DNA from: Gammaproteobacteria bacterium
GTDB taxonomy: Bacteria > Pseudomonadota > Gammaproteobacteria > Ga0077536
DNA length: 64,000 nt
Reading direction: 5' to 3'
Assembly: GCA_040220855.1 (NCBI GenBank)
Contig: JAVJVZ010000076.1
Span: 26,220-90,219 of the forward strand
In this document: positions 39,351 to 50,168 of the stretch, in pieces
Numbering within the stretch: the stretch's first letter is position 1
How the letters are laid out: each line of letters starts with the position of its first letter
The notes under the pieces: generated by a model
Database searches by the model: none
The model's input: the letters and a program-made list of their open reading frames with translations, nothing else
Told to the model about the DNA's origin: nothing
Program-made: the position numbers and the translations under genes

Positions 39351-40904
39351 TCAACAAAGGTCGCCCTGGCGCAGGCGAAATCGCTGAATCTTACCGGTCG
39401 CGGTTTTCGGCAGGACATCGATGAACTCGATCCAGCGCGGGTACTTGTAGGGCGCGAGCCGGTTCTTCACGTGTTGCTTGAGGCTGTCGGCGAGCGTATC
39501 GCTGGCGTCGTGGCCGTCCTTGAGGACGACGAAGGCGCGCGGTTTGATCAGCCCGGCTTCGTCGGCGTGGCCGACCACGGCCGCTTCGAGCACCGCGTCG
39601 TGCCCGATCAGGGCAGCTTCGACCTCCGCCGGCGAGACGTAGATGCCGCCCACCTTGAGCATGTCGTCGCTGCGTCCGCAGTAGACGTAGTAGCCATCGT
39701 CGTCCTGGCGGTACTTGTCGCCGGTGCGCGTCCACGTGCCGGCGAAGGTGTGGCGGCTGCGCGCCCGGTTGTTCCAGTACATCGCCGCGGCGGTCGGGCC
39801 GGCCACCTGCAGCTCGCCGATGTCGCCGCTGGCGACAGGCTCGCCCGTATCGTCGACGATGCGCAGCGCGTAGCCGTCGACGGCGCGGCCGGTGGTGCCG
39901 TAGCGCACGTCGCCGGGGTGATTGGACAGGAAGATATGCAGCATCTCGGTCGAACCGATGCCGTCGAGGATGTCGACGCCGAATTGCGCATGCCAGCGCG
40001 CGCCGAGTTCCGCCGGCAGCGCTTCGCCCGCCGAGGTGCATACGCGCAGGGCGAGCGCCTCGCGCGACGGCAGCGCCGGGTGCGCGAGAAGGCCGGCGTA
40101 GAGCGTGGGAACGCCGTAGAAAATGGTCGCGCCGTGTTCCTGCAGGCGCGCGAATACCGCCTCCGGCGTCGGCCGCTCGGCCATCAGCACGGTGGTCGCG
40201 CCGACGCTGAGCGGGAACGACAGCGCATTGCCGAGGCCATAGGCGAAGAACAGCTTGGCGGCGGAGAAGACGACGTCGTCCGCGTTGATGCCGAGGATCG
40301 GGCGCGCATACAGTTCCGCGGTCAGCGCGAGCGAGGCATGCACGTGCACGGTGCCCTTGGGGCGTCCGGTCGAGCCCGACGAGTAGAGCCAGAAGCACGG
40401 CTCGTCGCTGCAGGTCGCGGCAACGCTGTCGTCACCGTCGGCGGCGGCGAGCAGGGCCGCGAGTGCGTCCTCCGAGCCGCCGCTGACGACGACACGCTCG
40501 AGTGTCGGCACGCTCGCTTGGAGGCCTTCGAACTGTGGCGCCAGCGGCGCCGACACCACGGTGACGCGGGCGCGGCTGTCGCTGAGCATGAAGGCGTAAT
40601 CGTCGCGGGTCAGCAGCGTGTTGACGAGCACCGGTACGATTCCGGCGCGGATTGCGCCGAGAAACAGCACCGGTAACGCGAACGTATCGTGCATGGCCAG
40701 CAGCACGCGCTGCTCCGGGGCGATACCGAGGGCACGCCACATCGCCGCGGCACGGCGCACCGCGGCGTCGAGCTCGGCATAGGTGTAACGCCCGTGGTCG
40801 TCGATGTAGGCGAGCTTGTCGCGGTAACCGGCGGCGAGGTTGCGCTCGACGAGGTCGGCCGCGGCGTTGTACGACCGCGGCGCCACGTCCAGGCCGGCGC
40901 CCAT
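39351..40904 (-). CDS. bclA: benzoate-CoA ligase family (AMP-forming)
   Basis: 517 aa; AMP-binding motifs YSSGSTGRPKG, GTTGRAVDGY and the C-terminal PKTATGKIQR lysine motif. Start ATG overlaps the ferredoxin stop (TGATG). Confidence 0.85.
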   Translation of the reverse strand: MGAGLDVAPRSYNAAADLVERNLAAGYRDKLAYIDDHGRYTYAELDAAVRRAAAMWRALGIAPEQRVLLAMHDTFALPVLFLGAIRAGIVPVLVNTLLTRDDYAFMLSDSRARVTVVSAPLAPQFEGLQASVPTLERVVVSGGSEDALAALLAAADGDDSVAATCSDEPCFWLYSSGSTGRPKGTVHVHASLALTAELYARPILGINADDVVFSAAKLFFAYGLGNALSFPLSVGATTVLMAERPTPEAVFARLQEHGATIFYGVPTLYAGLLAHPALPSREALALRVCTSAGEALPAELGARWHAQFGVDILDGIGSTEMLHIFLSNHPGDVRYGTTGRAVDGYALRIVDDTGEPVASGDIGELQVAGPTAAAMYWNNRARSRHTFAGTWTRTGDKYRQDDDGYYVYCGRSDDMLKVGGIYVSPAEVEAALIGHDAVLEAAVVGHADEAGLIKPRAFVVLKDGHDASDTLADSLKQHVKNRLAPYKYPRWIEFIDVLPKTATGKIQRFRLRQGDLC

Positions 40905-41223
40905 CAGAACTCGGGCGCGAGCGTCAGGCGGATGCCATCCAGCTCGTCGACGTACGGCACCTGGCAGGCGAGGCGGGACCTCTCCTCGAAATGCCCGGAG
41001 TCTTCCACCATCACCTGCTCGTCGGTCGCACGCGGCGCGAGTTTGCCGGTCCATTCTTCGTCGACGTACACGTGGCAGGTCGAACAGATGCACTGGCCGC
41101 CGCAGATGGCCTCGATGGGCAGCCCGCCGTCACGCAGGATCTCCATCAGCGTGTAGCCCGCGCGCGCTTCGAGCCGGTGCTCTGCGCCGTCGCGGTCGGT
41201 TGCGATCACGGTACCCATCGAGC

Positions 41224-41227
<4 letters not shown>
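40904..41227 (-). CDS. adrenodoxin/putidaredoxin-type [2Fe-2S] ferredoxin
   Basis: 107 aa; CGGQCICSTCH (C-x5-C-x2-C) plus a distal LACQV cysteine. GTG start overlaps the boxB stop (GTGA). Confidence 0.8.
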
Positions 41228-42642
<1,415 letters not shown>

Positions 42643-42660
42643 GTCGGGTTACCTCCGCCG

Positions 42661-44346
42661 CTACACGCGGCGCTTGTCGTATTGCGGGCGCTCGCCGGTG
42701 CCGTAGAGCACCAGTGCGCCCTGCTCGCCCACCGCATTGGGACGCTGGAAGATCCAGTTCTGCCATGCGGACAGGCGCGCGAAGATTTTCGATTCCATCG
42801 TCTCCGGGCCGGGGAAGCGGATGTTCGCTTCCATGCCGGTCAGCGCGTCGGGCGAGAAGCCCGCGCGAGCCTCGACCAGGATGCGCAGCTCGTCGTCCCA
42901 GTCGATGTCGTCGGGGATGAAGGTGACCAGGCCGAGCTGCTCGGCACGCGCGGCGTCGAGCGGCTCGGCACCGAGCGCGGACAGACGCGCGATGGCGTCG
43001 GGGTCGTCGAGGCTGCGTGCCTCGAGGCGCGTAAGACCGTTGACCATGCGCAGCCAGCCGAAATTCGCCGGCGACAGTACGACGCTCGCTGGGGGGCGTT
43101 CGTCGTCCTCGAAGCGGCCGTCGAGCATGAAGCTCTGGTCAGCGGCGAGCACCAGCTCGAGCAGCGTGCCGGCGAAGCATGAGCCGGGTTCGACGGCGGC
43201 GATCAGCGAGCGCGCGGAGACGTCGACGCGCTTGAGCACGCGCTGCGCGTAGAGTCGCACCTCGCGCACGAACCAGTCCTCGGCATGCGCGTCGAGCAGG
43301 GCATCGGCGGCGAGTACGCGGCCGGCATCTCCTGCGCTCTTGAACATCCACGTGCCAACGGCTTCCTCGTTGAAGCGCAGGTGCAGGATGGCATCATCGA
43401 GCGCACGCATCACGGCGAGTGGCCAGAAGGCCGCGCCAGCGGCGTGGATACCGGCGAGATCGCCCGGCAGCTCGTCGCTGGGTCCATGCACGACGAAGGT
43501 GGCGAGGCGTTGTGCGCGGTCGATGTGCACGTCGAGATGCGCGTAGCGCAGCGTGTCGCCCTGAACCTGCCGTGACAGCGGCGTGAGTGCGATTCCGCTG
43601 GTCGACGCCGGCCGATCGCTTCCGGCGGCGAGTTCGGCTGCGCGTGCACGCACGCTGTCCTCGAAAGCGGAGGCCGGCACGACGTGGTCGACCAGGCGCC
43701 AGTCGAGCGCTCGTTTGCCACGCACGCCCTCCTCGACGGTGCAGAAGAAGTCTGCGCGGTCGCGCCGCACGTGGCGCTTGTCGACCAGGCGCGTGAGGCC
43801 GCCCGTGCCGGGTAGCACCGCGAGCAATGGCAGCTCGGGCAGCGACACCGCGCTGGCACCGTCGTCGGCGAGGATAATCTCGTCGCAGGCGAGGGCAAGC
43901 TCGTAGCCGCCGCCGGCACAGGAGCCTCTGACCGCGGCGAGGTAGACCTGGTGCGAGTGATTCGTCGCATCTTCGATGCCGTTGCGCGTTTCGTTGGTGA
44001 ACTTGCAGAAGTTCACCTTGTGCGCATGCGTCGCGCGACCGAGCATCTTGATGTTGGCGCCGGCGCAGAACACGCGATCGTGCTTCGAATGGACGACCAC
44101 GCAGCCGACCTCCGGATGCTCGAAGCGCAGGCGCTGCACGGCGTCGTAGAGTTCGATGTCGACACCGAGATCGTAGGAATTGAGCTTCAGCTCGTAGCCA
44201 TCGCCGATGGTCGCCTGCTCGTCGACGGCGAGGCCGAGCCAGGCGACGTTGCCGTCGATCTCGAGCTGCCAGTGATGGTAGTGCTCCGGCGCGGTGCGGA
44301 AATCGATCACGCGGGCGGGACTCGTCGCGGGGGCGGCGGTGGGCAT
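42661..44346 (-). CDS. boxC: 2,3-epoxybenzoyl-CoA dihydrolase / benzoyl-CoA-dihydrodiol lyase
   Basis: 561 aa, two crotonase-like domains (…FCAGANIKMLG…, …SCAGGGYELALACD…). Start at MPTAAPAT…; the ORF extends upstream through low-complexity codons. Confidence 0.8.
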   Translation of the reverse strand: MPTAAPATSPARVIDFRTAPEHYHHWQLEIDGNVAWLGLAVDEQATIGDGYELKLNSYDLGVDIELYDAVQRLRFEHPEVGCVVVHSKHDRVFCAGANIKMLGRATHAHKVNFCKFTNETRNGIEDATNHSHQVYLAAVRGSCAGGGYELALACDEIILADDGASAVSLPELPLLAVLPGTGGLTRLVDKRHVRRDRADFFCTVEEGVRGKRALDWRLVDHVVPASAFEDSVRARAAELAAGSDRPASTSGIALTPLSRQVQGDTLRYAHLDVHIDRAQRLATFVVHGPSDELPGDLAGIHAAGAAFWPLAVMRALDDAILHLRFNEEAVGTWMFKSAGDAGRVLAADALLDAHAEDWFVREVRLYAQRVLKRVDVSARSLIAAVEPGSCFAGTLLELVLAADQSFMLDGRFEDDERPPASVVLSPANFGWLRMVNGLTRLEARSLDDPDAIARLSALGAEPLDAARAEQLGLVTFIPDDIDWDDELRILVEARAGFSPDALTGMEANIRFPGPETMESKIFARLSAWQNWIFQRPNAVGEQGALVLYGTGERPQYDKRRV

Positions 44347-44356
44347 CGGGTGCTCC

Positions 44357-45250
44357 TCAGTGGGCGGTGATGAGCTCGCGCACGGGCGGCAGTTCGAGCA
44401 GCGCCGTGAGCGCCTGCTCGACACCGTTGGCGGAGGTATCGATGGTGTAGTCGGCGCGGCCGTAGAGGCTCGCGCGCTCGTCGAGGATACGGCGCAGGTC
44501 GGCCATCGCGTTGCGGTGATCGGCCATCGGACGGTAATCGCCCTGCGCGATCACGCGCTCCATGTGCTCGCGCGGCGCGGCTTTCAACCAGACGGTACAG
44601 CACGACGCGAGCAGGAAATCGAAGGTGCGTGGCTCCGATACCAGGCTGCCGCCGCAGGCGATCACGGCATGCTCGAAGCGATCCAGCGAGGCAGCCAGCG
44701 CGGCGCGTTCGTGACGCCGGTAGGCGGTCTGCCCACCGCGCGCGAGAATCTCGCTCACCGCCATGCCGGCGTTGCGCTCGGTTTCCTGCACCAGTTCGAC
44801 GAACGGCACGCCCAGCCGCTTGGCGAGCGCCGCACCGAGGGTACTCTTGCCGGCGCCGCGCAGGCCCACCAGCGCGATGTGACGGGGAACGGGTGAGGGT
44901 CGCTCGCGAGTCGAGGCGAGCAGCGTGGCTAGGCGCGTCAGCTCGTCTTCGCCGGCGCCGCGCAGGCGCTCGCGCAGCAGCAGGTACTCGACGCTCTGCT
45001 CGACGCGCGCATCGACGAGATCGTCGAGCGCCACGTGCATGGCGGCAGCGATCGCGCGCAACACCAGTATCGAGGCGTTGCCCTTCCCCGCCTCGAGCTG
45101 GGCAAGGTAGCGTTCCGAGACGCCGGACGCGGCAGCAAGGATGCGCCGTGACATGCCGCGCCGCGCGCGCACGCGGCGCACGCGCGCGCCGAGCTGGGCC
45201 AGGTAGTGGCCACTCTCGCTGGCTGGGTCGGCGGACGCAGGGACACTCAT
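44357..45250 (-). CDS. boxR: BoxR/BzdR-type regulator (XRE HTH + shikimate-kinase-like domain)
   Basis: N-terminal XRE HTH (GMSRRILAAASGVSERYLAQLE), C-terminal P-loop GLRGAGKSTLG and shikimate-kinase fold. 10 nt upstream of boxC. Confidence 0.8.
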   Translation of the reverse strand: MSVPASADPASESGHYLAQLGARVRRVRARRGMSRRILAAASGVSERYLAQLEAGKGNASILVLRAIAAAMHVALDDLVDARVEQSVEYLLLRERLRGAGEDELTRLATLLASTRERPSPVPRHIALVGLRGAGKSTLGAALAKRLGVPFVELVQETERNAGMAVSEILARGGQTAYRRHERAALAASLDRFEHAVIACGGSLVSEPRTFDFLLASCCTVWLKAAPREHMERVIAQGDYRPMADHRNAMADLRRILDERASLYGRADYTIDTSANGVEQALTALLELPPVRELITAH

Positions 45251-45412
45251 GACTTGAAGAATAGTGCAGGAAGTCGAGGTGGGACATGAATTATAGTGCA
45301 GGAGAAGCCGATGTCCAGCCGTGCGCGCAGCCGTCGCCGTCGCTGCCCGCGGCTCTATAATCCGCTCCCGTTGCCCGCCCCGCGGGCCGCACGGCAGGGC
45401 CTGTAGACGCAC

Positions 45413-46840
45413 ATGGGCGAAGAAATCGCGACGACCACCTTCTGCGCGGCGGACTTCGAGCGTTTCGCTGCACGCCTCGACGACGAGACGGCCGCGCTGG
45501 CGGCGCTGTTCGAGGCCGGTACGCTGTCCGACAGCGGTTACACCTGGGGCTTCGAACTCGAGGCCTGGCTGCTCGACCACGGGCTGCACCCGACGCCGGT
45601 CAATGCCGCGCTGCTGGATGCCCTCGGGCGCGACGATGTCGTCCCGGAGCTGTCGCGCTTCAACGTCGAGCTCAATACCGCGGTACGCGATTTCGCCCCG
45701 CACACCTTCAGCGCCGCCGAGCGTGATCTCACCACGCAGTGGTCGGCGTGCAACGCGGTCGCACACGGGCTCGATGCCAACATGGTTGCCATCGGCTCCC
45801 TGCCGACCATTCGCGACGCCGATCTCTCGATCGACAACATCTCGCCACTCAAGCGCTATTACGCCCTCAACCACGAGCTGCTCGCGGCCAACCGCGGGCG
45901 CCCCCTGCAGATCCGTATCGAAGGGCGCGAGCGGCTGACGCTGAGCCATGCCGACGTCATGCTCGAAGCGGCGGCGACGTCCTTCCAGGTGCATCTGAAG
46001 ACCCCGTGGTCGCTCGCTCACCGCTACTACAACGCTTCGCTCGCGCTGTCGGCGCCAGTGCTCGCGGCGGCGGCCAATGCACCGTTGCTGTTCGACCGGC
46101 TGCTATGGGAAGAGACCCGCATACCGCTTTTCGAGCAGGCCATCGCCGGCGTCGCCGGGCCCGCCGCAGCGGTGCCACGGGTGACCTTCGGCAGCGGCTA
46201 CCTGGATCACACGCTGTTCGAATGCTTTGCGGAGAATCGCCGCGCGTTCCCGGTGCTGCTGCCGATCGGTTTCGACGAGTCGCCCGCCGCTTTGCGCCAC
46301 CTGCGCCTGCACAACGGCACCATCTGGCGCTGGAATCGCCCGCTGGTCGGCTTCGACGGCGACGGCGTCCACGTGCGCCTCGAGCACCGTGCGCTACCGG
46401 CCGGGCCGAGCCTGGCCGACATGATCGCCAATGCCGCACTCTATCTCGGCGCCACCCACGAATGGGTCATGCGCGACTGCGTGGCACGGGTCACCGCGAG
46501 CGATGCGCGGGCGAATTTCTACGCTGCCGCCCGCCACGGTCTCGACGCCACGCTGCGCCGCGACGGCGGAACCTGTGCGGCCCGCGCGTGGCTCCTCGAC
46601 GAAATCGTCGACGACGCTGACGCGGGTCTCGCGCGCCTCGGTATCGCCGCGGAGGAGCGTGCGCGCTACCTCGGCATCGTGCGTGCGCGTGTCGCCAGCG
46701 GGCAGACCGGCGCGGCCTGGCAGCGCGCCTGCTACCTCGCGCAGGGCCGCGATGCCTACGCGCTGATGGCGGCTTATTGCGAACTGCAGCGCAGTGGGGC
46801 GCCGGTGCACGAATGGCCGCGGCCGGGGGCCGCGCGATGA
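45413..46840 (+). CDS. glutamate-cysteine ligase family 2 (GCS2/YbdK-like) carboxylate-amine ligase
   Basis: 475 aa; YbdK-like ATP-dependent ligase. Family call from overall architecture and size; no single diagnostic motif verified. Confidence 0.7.
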   Translation: MGEEIATTTFCAADFERFAARLDDETAALAALFEAGTLSDSGYTWGFELEAWLLDHGLHPTPVNAALLDALGRDDVVPELSRFNVELNTAVRDFAPHTFSAAERDLTTQWSACNAVAHGLDANMVAIGSLPTIRDADLSIDNISPLKRYYALNHELLAANRGRPLQIRIEGRERLTLSHADVMLEAAATSFQVHLKTPWSLAHRYYNASLALSAPVLAAAANAPLLFDRLLWEETRIPLFEQAIAGVAGPAAAVPRVTFGSGYLDHTLFECFAENRRAFPVLLPIGFDESPAALRHLRLHNGTIWRWNRPLVGFDGDGVHVRLEHRALPAGPSLADMIANAALYLGATHEWVMRDCVARVTASDARANFYAAARHGLDATLRRDGGTCAARAWLLDEIVDDADAGLARLGIAAEERARYLGIVRARVASGQTGAAWQRACYLAQGRDAYALMAAYCELQRSGAPVHEWPRPGAAR

Positions 46841-46874
46841 TGGCGCCCGTCAGCTGCCGCCCGGGCGGTCCGCC

Positions 46875-47912
46875 ATGAGCGGGCTGCGCGTCTTCGACCA
46901 CCTGCCGCACGGCCTGCTAGCGGCACGGCCGCAGGACCTCGCACGGCTGCTCGGCGGCCCGACGCTATTCGACCTGCCCGCGCGTGCGCACGCGGCCGCC
47001 GCGGCGCCCCTGTTCCTCTCCACGCTTCTGCACGGCAACGAGGACACCGGCTTCGAGGCCGCCAAGCGGGTGCTCGCCCGGCACGGGGTGGACGGCCTGC
47101 CGCGACCGCTGTTGCTCTTTCTCGGCAATGTCGAGGCGGCGGCGGCGCAGCGGCGCACGCTGCCCGGTCAGCACGATTTCAACCGCGTGTGGCCGGGCTC
47201 GCCATTGCCGGAGTCATGCGAGCGGGCGCTCATCGCCGAGGTGTTCGACTACGTCCGCACCCGTGCGCCTTTCGCGAGCATCGACATCCACAACAATACG
47301 GGGCTCAATCCGCACTACGGTTGCATCAACCGTCTCGACGAACGCTGGTTCCACCTCGCCCGCCTGTTCAGCCGTACCGTGGTCTATTTCACCGAGCCGA
47401 CCGGGGTCCAGTCCGCAGCCATGGCGACGCTGTGTCCGGCGGTGACGGTCGAGTGCGGCAAGGCGGGTGTCGCCGCCAATATCGTTCATGCCGAGGCGTT
47501 CATCGAGGCCTGCCTGCACCTTGCCGAGCTGCCCCACGCCCCGTTACCCGCGCACGACCTCGATCTCATGCGCACGGGTTGGATCGTGCGCGTGCCGGCC
47601 GGCGCGAGCCTGTCGTTCGACGACAGCCCGGCCGACTTCATGTTCCGCCGCGATCTCGATCACCTGAATTTCAGCGAGTTGCCGACCGGCACCTCGTTCG
47701 GCCGGCTCGGCGGCGCGCACGGCGAGCGCCTGGCGGTAGTCGACGGCGGCGGTGGTGCGATCGACGCGGTATTCGACTACCGCGACGGGTGCATCCGCCT
47801 GGCGCGGCCGGCAGTGCCCGCGATGCTGACCTTGGACGCCGAGGCGGTGCGCCTGGACTGCCTGTGTTACCTCATGCAGCGCATCGACCGCCGCGGGCAG
47901 GCGCTGCCGTGA
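46875..47912 (+). CDS. succinylglutamate desuccinylase / aspartoacylase (AstE/AspA) family zinc deacylase
   Basis: 345 aa; …LLHGNEDTGFEA… and …IDIHNNTG… His/Glu zinc ligands characteristic of the M14-like AstE/AspA fold. Confidence 0.65.
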   Translation: MSGLRVFDHLPHGLLAARPQDLARLLGGPTLFDLPARAHAAAAAPLFLSTLLHGNEDTGFEAAKRVLARHGVDGLPRPLLLFLGNVEAAAAQRRTLPGQHDFNRVWPGSPLPESCERALIAEVFDYVRTRAPFASIDIHNNTGLNPHYGCINRLDERWFHLARLFSRTVVYFTEPTGVQSAAMATLCPAVTVECGKAGVAANIVHAEAFIEACLHLAELPHAPLPAHDLDLMRTGWIVRVPAGASLSFDDSPADFMFRRDLDHLNFSELPTGTSFGRLGGAHGERLAVVDGGGGAIDAVFDYRDGCIRLARPAVPAMLTLDAEAVRLDCLCYLMQRIDRRGQALP

Positions 47913-48685
47913 GCCTGCTCGCCGCCGACGAGCCGGCACCCTTCGTGGTCGAGCGCGCCGCCGGCACGGCGCCGTTCTTTCTGACCTGCGACCATGCCGG
48001 CACGCGCATCCCGCGTGCCCTCGGCGACCTCGGTCTCGCGCCGGGCGCCCTCGAGACGCACGTCGGCTGGGACATCGGTGCGCTCGACGTCGCGCGGGAC
48101 CTCGCTGCCCGCCTCGATGCCACGCTCGTCTGGCAGCCCTACTCGCGTCTCGTGGTCGATTGCAACCGTCCGGTGTCGAGTCGTCAGCTGGTCCCCGCGC
48201 GCTCCGAGCGGACCGCGATTCCGGGGAATCTCCGCGTCGATGCCGCCGCGCGCGCGCAGCGCCTCGCTGCCATTCATGCGCCCTACCATGCCGCCATCAC
48301 GCGCCTGCTCGATGCGCGTGCCGCGCGTGGCCAGGCCAGCGTCTACGTTGCCGTGCACAGCTTTACGCCCGTCTACGACGGCCAGCCGCGCCCGTGGCAG
48401 CTGGCGGTGCTCTACGGCGCGGATGCGCGCCTCGCACGGCCGCTCATCGACCTCGCGCGGGCGGACGCTGCGCTCGTCGTCGGTGACAACGAACCCTACC
48501 GTATCGACGAGGAAGATTACGGCGTCCCGGTGCACGCGCTGGGACGTGGCCTGCCCAATGCGCTGCTGGAGCTTCGCCAGGACGAGCTCGTGGCGCCCGC
48601 TGCTGCCGCACGCTGGTCGGAACGCCTCGCCAGCCTGCTCGTCGCGGCGCTGGAAACGCTGCAAAACAGCGCCGATCCGGCCTGA
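47909..48685 (+). CDS. N-formylglutamate amidohydrolase (FGase) family protein
   Basis: 258 aa; …FFLTCDHAGTRIP…VAVHSFTP… matches the FGase/HutG-like family. GTG start overlaps the preceding stop (GTGA). Confidence 0.7.
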   Translation: MSLLAADEPAPFVVERAAGTAPFFLTCDHAGTRIPRALGDLGLAPGALETHVGWDIGALDVARDLAARLDATLVWQPYSRLVVDCNRPVSSRQLVPARSERTAIPGNLRVDAAARAQRLAAIHAPYHAAITRLLDARAARGQASVYVAVHSFTPVYDGQPRPWQLAVLYGADARLARPLIDLARADAALVVGDNEPYRIDEEDYGVPVHALGRGLPNALLELRQDELVAPAAAARWSERLASLLVAALETLQNSADPA

Positions 48686-48899
48686 ATTGCGCGGCCAAAA
48701 ATAACACTTGCATTCTGCGCCGAGATCTATACCCTGCGCGTCCTCCGTGAGTGACTGGCGGCGTAATTCAAGACCGAAGGAGGTGAACCAAGCCGTTTCA
48801 TAGCCTCGGCCGGGTTCGGTATCAAGCCCGAACCGACTGGGCGCAGAGCCTTGAACGGCACTGCGATTTCAAAGACCTTGCTGGGTGGGGGTAATACCG

Positions 48900-49298
48900 A
48901 TGTCTGAACATCAACCTATCTGGGGGCAACACCTCATCATCGACCTCGCGGGCTGCCCGCGGGACCGTCTCACCGACGCCGACCACCTGCGCTCGTGGGT
49001 CAAGGATCTCGTCGACACCATCAAGATGAAAGCGTACGGCGAGCCTCAGCTCGAGCACTTCGCCACGCATTCGTATGATGCGGCCGGTTTCACTCTGCTA
49101 CAGCTGATAGAGACCTCGAACATCTGCGCGCACTTCGCGGAGAACCTGGGGCAGGTCTATATCGACATCTTCTCCTGCAAGTCCTTCGACAACGACCTGG
49201 CGGTGGCCTGCTGCAGGAAGTACTTCGAACCCGAAGTCGTTGAACTGCACCTGATCGAACGCGGTAAGTTCCAAGCCTCGCTGCAAAAGGCGAGTTGA
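48900..49298 (+). CDS. S-adenosylmethionine decarboxylase-related small pyruvoyl-enzyme proenzyme (SpeD class 1, paralog 1)
   Basis: 132 aa; …GQHLIIDLAGC…FTLLQLIETSNICAHF… corresponds to the HLxxDLxGC…LAESHISIHTWPE family, with ETS in place of ESH at the cleavage motif. Confidence 0.65.
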   Translation: MSEHQPIWGQHLIIDLAGCPRDRLTDADHLRSWVKDLVDTIKMKAYGEPQLEHFATHSYDAAGFTLLQLIETSNICAHFAENLGQVYIDIFSCKSFDNDLAVACCRKYFEPEVVELHLIERGKFQASLQKAS

Positions 49299-49301
49299 GG
49301 G

Positions 49302-50168
49302 ATGGCCGGTCAGTTCGTCGAAAGCCTGTACACGGGACAGGCTTTCCAGGGCTTTTTCTACGACAAGCTGCTGTTCGAGGCTGACACCGAATACCAGTCG
49401 ATCCGGATCTACGACGTGCCCTGGCTGGGGCGCGTCCTGGTCCTCGACGGTATCGTGCAGACCACCGAGGCCGACGAGTTCATCTACCACGAGATGCTGG
49501 CGCACGTACCGCTGATGTCGGTGGCGGCGCCGCAGCGCGTGATGATCGTCGGCGGCGGTGACGGCGGCACGTTGCGGGAAGTGCTCAAGCACCCGGTCGA
49601 GAAGGTCGACCTCGTCGAAATCGACGAGGTCGTGATCTCGAGCGCGCGCGAGTTCCTGCCGACGCTCAACGACGACGGGCGGGCGTTCGATGATCCGCGG
49701 GTCGAAATCGTGGTGCGGGATGCCTTTCAATACATGAAGGAGCATACCGGCGAGTACGATGCGATCCTGATCGATTCGACCGATCCGGTCGGCATGGCCG
49801 AGGCGTTGTACTCCGACGAGTTCTACCGCCTGTGTCGGGATGCCCTGTCGCCGCAAGGCGCGCTCAGCGCCCAGGACGGCGTGGTGTTCTTCCAGCGCGA
49901 CGAGGCGGCGCGCACGGTCGCCGCGCTGCGGCGCCTCGGTCTCAGCGCGGGTGCCTACATTGCGGCCGTGCCGACCTATTATGGGGGCTCGATGACCTTC
50001 GGCGTCGCTGGACGCGATGCCGCCGTGCTGACGCCCGATGTCGATACCCTGGCGGCACGCTTTGCTGCGCTGACGGGCACCACCCGGCACTACTCGCCGG
50101 CCGTGCACCAGGCGAGTTTCGTGCTGCCACGCTGGATCGAGGAAGCGGTGGAGGGGAAAAAACAATGA
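49302..50168 (+). CDS. speE: spermidine synthase (polyamine aminopropyltransferase)
   Basis: 288 aa; VLVLDG…, GGGDGG and DSTDP motifs. Confidence 0.85.
   Translation: MAGQFVESLYTGQAFQGFFYDKLLFEADTEYQSIRIYDVPWLGRVLVLDGIVQTTEADEFIYHEMLAHVPLMSVAAPQRVMIVGGGDGGTLREVLKHPVEKVDLVEIDEVVISSAREFLPTLNDDGRAFDDPRVEIVVRDAFQYMKEHTGEYDAILIDSTDPVGMAEALYSDEFYRLCRDALSPQGALSAQDGVVFFQRDEAARTVAALRRLGLSAGAYIAAVPTYYGGSMTFGVAGRDAAVLTPDVDTLAARFAALTGTTRHYSPAVHQASFVLPRWIEEAVEGKKQ

Noticed and set aside
39282-40676. 464-aa plus-strand ORF overlapping the benzoate-CoA ligase gene
   Set aside because: The opposite strand encodes a complete AMP-binding ligase with all signature motifs. The plus ORF has none.
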